In this document: positions 56,588 through 64,000 of the stretch, one piece after another
Layout: every line of letters starts with the position of its first letter
Position numbering within the stretch: the first letter of the stretch is position 1
From: a virus
Lineage: Duplodnaviria; Heunggongvirae; Uroviricota; Caudoviricetes
Reading direction: 5' to 3' (one strand)
IMG/VR virus record: IMGVR_UViG_3300042901_002340
Length of the DNA stretch: 64,000 nt
The notes under the pieces: model-generated
The model's input: the letters and a program-made list of their open reading frames with translations, nothing else
Told to the model about the DNA's origin: nothing
Databases searched by the model: none
Position numbers and translations under genes: made by a program

Positions 56588-59104
56588 TTATTTTACCTCT
56601 ATACATTTGTTTGGATACACCTGTGGGAAATTCTTAAACTCGGTAGTATTTACTCTTTTGCAAAAGGTTGAAACTGCCGGATAGATTGTTTTTGTGATTC
56701 TTCTAAGATTTAGTATAACTATACCCTTTCCTGTCTTCATACCAGTATTAGGTTTATACTTAATAATTGAATTAAAAGATGCTAAATCCCTTGCTGACTT
56801 AAATCCGTCCTCATTTTTCTTAAGGAGTATTGAATCTATCTCACTTCTCTTAGGAGCAATCAAGGTATCACCGCTAAAAGTTAATAGAACACCGTCCCTT
56901 GCTTGATCCTTAATAAGTCTATCGTCAGCTATTCTCTGACAAACATCCTCGGTTAAAACATTATCAGCAACCCATTTAATACACGGAATGAATTTTTTTC
57001 CATCCACGTCATAGGTTACGCAATTTGATATACCAACTAGAAGACTATTCAATAAGGTAAATTCATAAGTTCCCATATCCGGGTCGCTAGAGTCCACGTC
57101 TAGAGCAATATCAAATGCTCTTTTTACATCACCCTTCATATCATCCATAGATATAAAAGGAACCTCCTTATTTACTAGTATCGATTTCATCCTGGATGCT
57201 ATGTTTTTAAATGTATCTTCCTTTGATATGGATCCTATAAATTTATCCAGAGCATCATATCTTTTTTTATGGTTTATAAAACCAAGGGTAGCAAACTGAT
57301 TTATGTTATTTTTTATAAATAGAGTCACATCATCCTTCTCATCAACCTTCTCAAATTTGGACCAGTTCGATGGTGATTTTAGTGAAGTATCTTTGCTATT
57401 AATCTTATATAGTCCTCCTTCATTAAAGAAGTAAGTGAATTCCTTAGGCGAAGCTTCCACTCCTTCCAAAGCTTTCAACCACGCTTTTATAAATTTTGCA
57501 TCATACGATGGCTTAAGAGATCCATTATCTCTAGTAAAATGACTTCCCTCTACTTTTATATTATATACACTTCTAAGTTTTTCAGCAAGTTTATTTACAT
57601 CGCCCGAAGCTTTACCTGCTTCTACCTCATCATTTTCCTCACCTTCTTTTGGTGATTTACCTTTGTCTGTGGCAAGAGGCTCACTAGAAACAGTTTCCTT
57701 ATATTGGACATCCAATTCCTTCTCGAAATCATCATTGTTAATTACAATCTTTTTTTCGTTAATTTTATTGGAGTTTGCAAAATCACTAAAAGAAAAGACT
57801 GTAGATAGACCCTCATTCATTTTAACTTTAGCAATATCAAGTGCTTTATGTATTGCTTTTTTATTCTCATCAGAAACCCAATCGGATGAAAGTATATCTG
57901 AAAGTAATGCCTGATCTATTTCACCATTAACGTTCTTATTTCCCTCCATTTTTTGGATAGTTGAAATAACTGATTTTGTAGCAGGACCATATTTGCCATT
58001 AGGACCACCTTTGGACTTTATCAATTTTCCAGCTGCTGGTATACCATCACATAATGCCTTCTGTATAGCAAATATTAAACCGCTATCCTTGAATTTGTCA
58101 TCAGCGTCAGTATTACCTCTCGTTATAGGAAATAACGTTTTATTAAAAACTTCTTCCTTCTCCTTATGTTCGTCTTTTATAACTGTTAAAGCAGTAGCAT
58201 ATTGGGAATCTGCTCTTGTTTTTAACAATTTAGCTTCATCACAAAGTGTGTTAACGTCACCATAAGCTCCATTAAGTTCCTCGTCATTTGCTACTGCGGT
58301 TAAAGATTTATCGATTGCAGCATTGGAAGCTTTTATAAATTCAAGTCTATATTTATCTACTTGTTTTTCTAATTCATCAAGTGCTTTTTTGTCCTTCTCT
58401 CCGAATGCACCCTTTGATGTATCCAGGGTTTTTCTTTTTTCGTCAAGATCAATAAAAGTCGTTTGCCAGTCCCTTCCGTATCCATTCTTTGATGTCTTAT
58501 CCTTAGATGATAATATAAGATTAGCCAATATCTTTCTAAGATCCTCGACTCTACCTTTATAACCAGTAAATATACCGCTCTCATAAAGTGCTGTAAGCTC
58601 GCCGTTAAAATAGAATGATTCAGAATCATTTATTTTTGCATCATTTTCCTCCTTAGCAGATTTTGCTAAATATTCGGTTGTTCTTTGTTTAACCTGAGCT
58701 CCCGCCTTTATGTAATCAAGTATAAATTTTTCATTGGCTTTATTTATTTTACATGCACTTATTAGAGCCTCTGTATATTTCTCAAGAGCCTGAAGATATA
58801 GATTTTTACTATCAGCATAGGAAGGTGTCTTAATCCCAGCCTCCGCTGAATCATTTCTAAGAACCGCAACAACGCTCTCAATATCATTAGCATCGATAAG
58901 AGGAGAAAGTTTAGTTCTTGTTCCCTTCGGATTTCTTTCCCTGTTTGGAGCCATATCAAAAACAATTTTCTGATATATGTCAAGGCAGGCATCAGAAATT
59001 GTTCTTAAAACGCCATCAACTGCTTCATTTTCAAATAGTCTCCCGGTTCTATCGCTTTCGAATATTGCTCTAGCTACTGGATTATTTCTTAAATATTGAT
59101 TCAT
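56588..59104 (-). CDS. Large putative internal head/ejection protein with a peptidoglycan-binding domain
   Basis: 838 aa. IFAIQKAL...NGKYGPATKSVISTIQ...NGEIDQ is a PG_binding_1-like motif. Several [ILM]xE sites. Confidence 0.55.
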   Translation of the reverse strand: MNQYLRNNPVARAIFESDRTGRLFENEAVDGVLRTISDACLDIYQKIVFDMAPNRERNPKGTRTKLSPLIDANDIESVVAVLRNDSAEAGIKTPSYADSKNLYLQALEKYTEALISACKINKANEKFILDYIKAGAQVKQRTTEYLAKSAKEENDAKINDSESFYFNGELTALYESGIFTGYKGRVEDLRKILANLILSSKDKTSKNGYGRDWQTTFIDLDEKRKTLDTSKGAFGEKDKKALDELEKQVDKYRLEFIKASNAAIDKSLTAVANDEELNGAYGDVNTLCDEAKLLKTRADSQYATALTVIKDEHKEKEEVFNKTLFPITRGNTDADDKFKDSGLIFAIQKALCDGIPAAGKLIKSKGGPNGKYGPATKSVISTIQKMEGNKNVNGEIDQALLSDILSSDWVSDENKKAIHKALDIAKVKMNEGLSTVFSFSDFANSNKINEKKIVINNDDFEKELDVQYKETVSSEPLATDKGKSPKEGEENDEVEAGKASGDVNKLAEKLRSVYNIKVEGSHFTRDNGSLKPSYDAKFIKAWLKALEGVEASPKEFTYFFNEGGLYKINSKDTSLKSPSNWSKFEKVDEKDDVTLFIKNNINQFATLGFINHKKRYDALDKFIGSISKEDTFKNIASRMKSILVNKEVPFISMDDMKGDVKRAFDIALDVDSSDPDMGTYEFTLLNSLLVGISNCVTYDVDGKKFIPCIKWVADNVLTEDVCQRIADDRLIKDQARDGVLLTFSGDTLIAPKRSEIDSILLKKNEDGFKSARDLASFNSIIKYKPNTGMKTGKGIVILNLRRITKTIYPAVSTFCKRVNTTEFKNFPQVYPNKCIEVK

Positions 59105-59114
59105 ATCTTATATT

Positions 59115-59375
59115 TTATGTTGTAGTAGGCGGTGCTACTGTTGTTTGTTGTTTCTTAATTTCGGCAGAAAGAGCTTTCATTGTGTTTGAAATCTGGATGT
59201 AAACGGCAGCTTGTTTATCAAGACTTGCTGATTCCGAAGCAGCATCTCCTTCTTTCTTAAGTGACTTAGCTTCCGTTATTTCATCAAAATTTTGAGATAA
59301 TTGTAATCTAAGTTGCTGAACCTTAGTTGCTTCAGACTCGGCCTCAAGCAATCTAAAAGAATTAAATGTTATCAT
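59115..59375 (-). CDS. Small helical putative internal head protein
   Basis: 86 aa with N-terminus MITFNSFRLLE. ATGA overlap with the upstream gene. Confidence 0.55.
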   Translation of the reverse strand: MITFNSFRLLEAESEATKVQQLRLQLSQNFDEITEAKSLKKEGDAASESASLDKQAAVYIQISNTMKALSAEIKKQQTTVAPPTTT

Positions 59376-60274
59376 CTTCTAACAATCGTTATTTTTCCTC
59401 TCAAATCCCTGATTTTATCCATGTACTTATCACGGATTTCTTTAAGTTTGGTTGCTGCACTTTCTTTTGTAGCTCCAGCACCCTGTTTTTTAGATATTAA
59501 TTCATTAAGAGCATCTCTTTCCGTATCCATCTGAACATAGAGATCATTTCTTTTTCTTATCAGAAAGGAAACAAGTTCTCTGATATCTCCCCTTTCCATA
59601 GTTCTAACTTCCTTAGCAAATTCTGTTATTTGCATGTTTATGAAATGTTCCATCTGTGAATCACTCAAACCTGTTGATCCTCCACCAGGAACCCTAGAGT
59701 TTGGCTCATTTTCACCGGTTCTACCTGTACCACCTATTAGATCACCATAAAGCTTTCTGAATTCAGAATCTTTTTCCTTAGCCTTTATAACGGTCGCTTT
59801 GTATTTATTATAAAGGGATTTACCTAAAGTTGCATCAGCCAGATTCTTTGCTCTCTTGTACATATCTTCAGCAACCTCTGCATCAACCTTTGTTTTATTG
59901 AATTCCCAATATTTCTTAAGTTTAGTATCGCCATTAATTTCCTGCTTTACCTTACTCATAAGCATATCTATTCTCTTTGCATGTGCCTTCTCACCAGCTT
60001 CGATTGCATGTGTATTTTTATCTATGAATTTTTCGATTCTTTTAAGCTCAGCAGGATCACTTTTTGTTTGACCTTTTTCAAGATCCAATTTATCTAGCTC
60101 ACTTTGTAGTTTCTCCCATTCATCAACATAATCACTTTCAGCAGATCTATATTCCTCTACGATATCGTCGATTTTACCTATAGGACCACCAAATTTGCTA
60201 CTAAACCAGTTTTTTACTTTGTCTATTATACTAGCCTCATTAATATGATCCCACTCTTTAAATTTTAAAGTCAT
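59372..60274 (-). CDS. Coiled-coil putative internal head protein (paralog of 60277..61431)
   Basis: N-terminus MTLKFKEWDHINE. Lys/Glu-rich and helical. Confidence 0.55.
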   Translation of the reverse strand: MTLKFKEWDHINEASIIDKVKNWFSSKFGGPIGKIDDIVEEYRSAESDYVDEWEKLQSELDKLDLEKGQTKSDPAELKRIEKFIDKNTHAIEAGEKAHAKRIDMLMSKVKQEINGDTKLKKYWEFNKTKVDAEVAEDMYKRAKNLADATLGKSLYNKYKATVIKAKEKDSEFRKLYGDLIGGTGRTGENEPNSRVPGGGSTGLSDSQMEHFINMQITEFAKEVRTMERGDIRELVSFLIRKRNDLYVQMDTERDALNELISKKQGAGATKESAATKLKEIRDKYMDKIRDLRGKITIVRR

Positions 60275-60276
60275 GG

Positions 60277-61431
60277 TTATTTATTTAATTTTTCTTTAAG
60301 CTTATCTATAATTCCAGTAGTTAGAACTCCAGATTTACCGATACCAACGGTAGAAAATGCATCTCTAAAGGCCTTTAATATCTCACCTTTTATCTGTTTA
60401 GCATTTCCTGCACCTTTGTTTATTTTATCAATAGCTTCCTTGAAATCTTTATTATTATCCAACGATTTCTCAATCTCCTCTGCATTTTTACCAAGATTTC
60501 TAAAAGTCAGCAATAGTTCTTTCTTGTAATCTAAAGATGTTGCCATCTCTATTAGATCAAGCTTGGAATTTTCCAGATATCTTTCAGTTAGAGGTTTTGA
60601 TGATTTTTTTATTTTATTTAAAATCTGATTTAATTTTCTCTCCATATCGGATTTAATATCAGCTATTTCTTTTTCCAATTCATTCTTCCTTTTGATGATA
60701 TCCCCGCCTTTTCTTCTGGATATAATCTTTTTCTCCCTCTCCACATCCATAGAAATATCAGCTTTAGGTTCTCTAGGTTCCTTTTCACCCTCCTCTTTCA
60801 TCTGATTCTCTATCTCCTTGGCTTTAGCCTCAGCTTCTTCTTTAGCTTTAGCCACTCTTTCTTCATAAGCTCTTAGTGCTGTTTGATCCTCGGATCTTTC
60901 CTTAGCTAATTTATATTCGAGCTCAGCCATTTCTATCTCATTCTCAGCATAACAAGAATCAAGATATTCCTTTCTTCTTGAATTGCCATTAACTATTTGC
61001 TTAACAAGATCCTTTGCCTTTTTAAGCTTAAGATTTTGAGCTTTTTCGTATGTATCAAATTCGTTGGTTTTAGCTTCCCTTTCCTTAGATACTGCACCAA
61101 TCTTATCCTTGTTTCCTTCCTTAGCTAATTGATCTATCTGTTCATCAAATTTAGCTAATTCCTTCTTGAAATCACTACCTTTTTTAATAAGGTCGAGTTC
61201 AAGTGCAAGTATGGTTTTAATTGCCTCGTCTATCATACCCACACCAGAAAAAGAACCAAGCAAAAATCTTGATAATTTATTGGTTAAAAAATTGGATATT
61301 CTTCCCTCATTTACTTGTGTAACATTTTCAGGTATTTCGATAGATCTTAGTTCCTTGAGTAGAGCAGGGTCAAGATTTTCTATAAGGCCCTCATATTCTT
61401 CAAAATCCTCAAAAGATGGAATAATTTTCAT
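60277..61431 (-). CDS. Coiled-coil putative internal head protein
   Basis: N-terminus MKIIPSFEDFEEYEGLIE...QVNE. First gene after the capsid terminator, with its own GATATATA motif. Confidence 0.55.
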   Translation of the reverse strand: MKIIPSFEDFEEYEGLIENLDPALLKELRSIEIPENVTQVNEGRISNFLTNKLSRFLLGSFSGVGMIDEAIKTILALELDLIKKGSDFKKELAKFDEQIDQLAKEGNKDKIGAVSKEREAKTNEFDTYEKAQNLKLKKAKDLVKQIVNGNSRRKEYLDSCYAENEIEMAELEYKLAKERSEDQTALRAYEERVAKAKEEAEAKAKEIENQMKEEGEKEPREPKADISMDVEREKKIISRRKGGDIIKRKNELEKEIADIKSDMERKLNQILNKIKKSSKPLTERYLENSKLDLIEMATSLDYKKELLLTFRNLGKNAEEIEKSLDNNKDFKEAIDKINKGAGNAKQIKGEILKAFRDAFSTVGIGKSGVLTTGIIDKLKEKLNK

Positions 61432-61453
61432 AGATTGATTTATTTTTATTATC

Positions 61454-61461
61454 TATATATC
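61454..61461 (-). promoter_or_regulatory. GATATATA putative late promoter
   Basis: About 23 nt upstream of ATG 61431, just past the capsid terminator. Confidence 0.65.
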
Positions 61462-61495
61462 CCAACATAGATTTTTTTATTTAAGCTTAGACCAT

Positions 61496-61525
61496 AAAAA
61501 AAAGTCCCAGATATCTGGGACTTTT
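61496..61525 (-). terminator. Intrinsic terminator after the major capsid gene
   Basis: AAAAGTCCCAG-atat-CTGGGACTTTT with an extended T-run on the - strand. Confidence 0.9.
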
Positions 61526-61547
61526 GGTATATTTGTTAATCTAAAGA

Positions 61548-63272
61548 TTATGCTAAACCACCAGCAGGTATGTTAACATAGAATGTTAAATACATAGTTT
61601 CAGGTAAGAAACCAGCTTCTACTAAAGCATATCTAGATTTAACTGCGATCTTAGGTGACATAGTACCTTCAGAGATTGTCTGAATAGACTCCGCCATCAT
61701 GTAAGGCATGAATTTTAATCCTGGTTCGTCATCACCACCTTTTCTTCCGATTAACACTCTCGTATCATTGTAGTTCATGTTCTGATCTACATATACTGTC
61801 ATACCAGCAAGAGAACCTACAGGGTATAAAGTACCGTTGTTTTGAGTTAATGTGTTAGAGAATGGTGCGAAAGTGAACTGAGAGATATCTTGAAGTGCAC
61901 TTGCTACTGCAGCGTTAGTAACAACGAAGTTAGCAGGACCTCTTCTACCTCTGTTAGCTACTACGTTTGCAGCTGCAAGGATTCTAGAGAATAATCTTCT
62001 TTGAAGAGTTGATAAGTTCTCATATCCACCTGATGCAGGACCATTAGGAATTGGCATAACAACACCAGTATTAGATTTATTTACGTATGCAGCAGTATTA
62101 CCAGCATTTGTACTACCTAAAACAAGGTTTAAGTTTAAGTTTTGTTGTTCAACATTGTTGAATTGAACGTGGTTAGACCAACCTAATGCAAACGCTCTTG
62201 ATAAGATGTGTTTGTTAATAGATTGAGATACCTCATTAACCAATGCGTTCTCGATCATTGAAATAACGTCGATACCGAATTGTTTGTTAAGGTCTTGTAT
62301 TTGCTCTGTTGTAACAGAAGCAGCTACTTGGAATGTCTCAGCTTCAACAAATTTAGTGAAAGTCGAAAGACCCATTGAGTTAAAGTAAGTAGACTCACCA
62401 ACTCCTCTTAACATAGGATCATAATTTTTAGTACCATCTACGTAAGGACCTTGCCAGTCATTAGTGTTGTTAAAACCAGCACCAGAGAAACCTTGGATGT
62501 GATCTTCTAAAGCTTTAACTAATTGAGCAGCAAATCCATTTGGAGAATAAGAAGCTCCAGTTGATAATGCAGGACCAGCAATACCGAAGTTAGTAAGTGC
62601 AGTTGGAGTACCATTGATATAAGAAGCAACGTTAGATCCAGCAGCCATACCCATTACTTCAAATATTGGGAAACCGTCAATTCTAGAAAGACCAACAAAT
62701 GTTAATTGTAATGTACCGATGTTACCAGTAGCACCAACAGTTGGGAATGAAGCTGCAGTAGCACCAGTAGCACCAGTAGCACCTGATCCAGTATAAACTG
62801 GGAATTTGATCATTGTAGGGGCAGTAGCTAATTGTTCAGCAGCCGTACCCGCAGCAGCAGCACCAATTTTACCACCAGCGTATACATAGTCTAAGTATGA
62901 TAAGATACCAGTTGGACCTGACATAGGAATAACAGGAACGATATCAAAACCGATTGTTTTTGCAGCAACTTGAATTGCTAAAGGTAATAAAGATGGGAAT
63001 TTATCTCCAGATCCTTGGTTACCAGTGTTATAGAAACCTGCATTAGCATTACCACCTTGGAATGAAGCCATTCCTGGATAAGCTGGGGGAGCAACGCTAC
63101 CCATACCATTAACAACACCTAAAGAGTTATAAGCTCCAGCAGACTCGTTTAATGAGTGATAGTGGCAATATTTAGTTAACCACCCTTTTTTTCCTTCATC
63201 TGTGATACCAGCTTTGCTCTCGATAAGCGGTGACCATGTATCGTAGATTTCTTGTTCGTTAATCAATTTCAT
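61548..63272 (-). CDS. Major capsid protein, T4 gp23-like
   Basis: V.V.PMSGPTG, T.EQIQDL....G.D, E....INK.IL, RRG.ANF.V, G.L.G..VY.D, MPY and PKIAVKSRYAL gp23 motifs. Followed by a strong terminator. Confidence 0.93.
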   Translation of the reverse strand: MKLINEQEIYDTWSPLIESKAGITDEGKKGWLTKYCHYHSLNESAGAYNSLGVVNGMGSVAPPAYPGMASFQGGNANAGFYNTGNQGSGDKFPSLLPLAIQVAAKTIGFDIVPVIPMSGPTGILSYLDYVYAGGKIGAAAAGTAAEQLATAPTMIKFPVYTGSGATGATGATAASFPTVGATGNIGTLQLTFVGLSRIDGFPIFEVMGMAAGSNVASYINGTPTALTNFGIAGPALSTGASYSPNGFAAQLVKALEDHIQGFSGAGFNNTNDWQGPYVDGTKNYDPMLRGVGESTYFNSMGLSTFTKFVEAETFQVAASVTTEQIQDLNKQFGIDVISMIENALVNEVSQSINKHILSRAFALGWSNHVQFNNVEQQNLNLNLVLGSTNAGNTAAYVNKSNTGVVMPIPNGPASGGYENLSTLQRRLFSRILAAANVVANRGRRGPANFVVTNAAVASALQDISQFTFAPFSNTLTQNNGTLYPVGSLAGMTVYVDQNMNYNDTRVLIGRKGGDDEPGLKFMPYMMAESIQTISEGTMSPKIAVKSRYALVEAGFLPETMYLTFYVNIPAGGLA

Positions 63273-63289
63273 GATTTATTTAATTTTTT

Positions 63290-64000
63290 TTATCTTGTTT
63301 GAAATTTTTTCTCCAATGCAGAAGCAATAGCATTCATATATTCATTAGAATAACCATTTGCTTGTGTATTAGGCATTGCGATATTTTCGCTCTCATCTAA
63401 TTTTTGAACTCCAACATTAGCAGTTCCTAGTTGACGTGTTGACCAGAAGTTTTTCACTTGGTAAGGTGTATCTAATCTATAGAAGCTACTCTGAGCAATA
63501 ATTGATTGCTTGTGTCCTTCAGTAAGTGATTCCCAAACTTGTGTGTATTCTTCAGGCATTGTATCAATAAAATAAAGACCTGTTTTGTTTTTGTTCTCAC
63601 CTTCGTTAAGAACTTCATCTGCCTTTTGTGTGTTGGCTGGTTGCCCCATCGATCTGGAAGCTTCGTTTATATTTGATTCAGTTTTTTGTGTTTTAACTGA
63701 TTCTATCAAACTATCTATTTTTGTTGTAAGATCCGTATAATCTCCAGCGAATCCGGATTCGTTTAATCCAGCTGAAGCTGAAAGATCTACGCTTTCTCTT
63801 AATGAATCTGTAGCTTTGTATTTACCAGTATTAACTGTTTCAGCTATATACTCACTATAAGAGATTGATTTTTTTAATTTTTCTGCTAGGTAATCAGAAT
63901 AATCTAAACCTTTATTAACATTTTCAGCTAAGTAATCGGAATATTGAATGTTTTTATTAAGATTCTCCGCAAGGTATTCAGAATACTCGATACCGTCGTT
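63290..64000 (-). CDS. Prohead core/scaffold protein, C-terminal part (gene starts beyond the right edge)
   Basis: The frame of track ORF 63290..63709 stays open to 64000: NDGIEYSEYLAENLNKNIQYSDYLAENVNKGLDYSDYLAEKLKKSISYSEYIAE. Directly upstream of the capsid gene, with many [IL]xE sites. Confidence 0.75.
   Translation of the reverse strand, partial: NDGIEYSEYLAENLNKNIQYSDYLAENVNKGLDYSDYLAEKLKKSISYSEYIAETVNTGKYKATDSLRESVDLSASAGLNESGFAGDYTDLTTKIDSLIESVKTQKTESNINEASRSMGQPANTQKADEVLNEGENKNKTGLYFIDTMPEEYTQVWESLTEGHKQSIIAQSSFYRLDTPYQVKNFWSTRQLGTANVGVQKLDESENIAMPNTQANGYSNEYMNAIASALEKKFQTR
63839..63985 (-). repeat. 14-aa (42-bp) repeats YS[DE]Y[LI]AE in the scaffold gene, at least 4 copies
   Basis: Hand translation of the window end. 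Confidence 0.9.

Noticed and set aside
63290-63709. Stand-alone 139-aa gene
   Set aside because: The frame is open to the window end, so this is the 3' part of a longer scaffold gene.
1-64000. Stop-codon reassignment, as seen in some large phages
   Set aside because: Multi-kb ORFs are intact under the standard code, coding density is near complete, and TAA, TAG and TGA all end plausible genes.

Overview
Gene-dense, AT-rich 64-kb segment of a large T4-like (contractile-tail, jumbo-type) bacteriophage genome, covering most of the virion morphogenesis region. Almost all genes are on the - strand, and the long ORFs are intact under the standard bacterial code. Reading from the right end: a truncated prohead scaffold/core gene with 14-aa repeats; a gp23-like major capsid protein; an array of probable internal head proteins with T4-like capsid-targeting N-termini, interrupted by a dNMP-kinase/AsnB-like amidotransferase pair and followed by a Nudix gene; tail/baseplate hub genes (gp53-, gp27- and gp5-like, plus a 23-aa tandem-repeat protein); a 4-domain ribosomal protein bS1 homolog; an amidoligase; a gp13-like neck protein; an inverted PD-(D/E)XK endonuclease; gp25/gp6/gp7-like wedge genes; a module of poly-threonine proteins plus a glycosyltransferase; PKD/propeller proteins; an inverted phoH; three very large structural proteins; and three paralogous collagen-containing fibre genes, the last running off the left edge and missing from the ORF track. 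A-rich leaders without Shine-Dalgarno sites and the propeller/PKD domains point to a Bacteroidota host (inference). The best candidates for an undescribed system are: (1) a phage-encoded mucin-type O-glycosylation module, a plant HPAT/SERGT-like GT-A enzyme next to poly-Thr virion proteins, possibly with a virion-wide G-x-T-G/A motif; (2) a head-cargo addressing code ([FY]xx[FYW]...[IL]xE) shared by about 8 internal proteins and the scaffold repeats; (3) a two-class promoter grammar (GATATATA, probably late; GAAA-N19/20-TAYAAT on non-structural genes). All family assignments come from motif recognition by eye; no searches were run. No tRNA, rRNA or CRISPR array was recognised.
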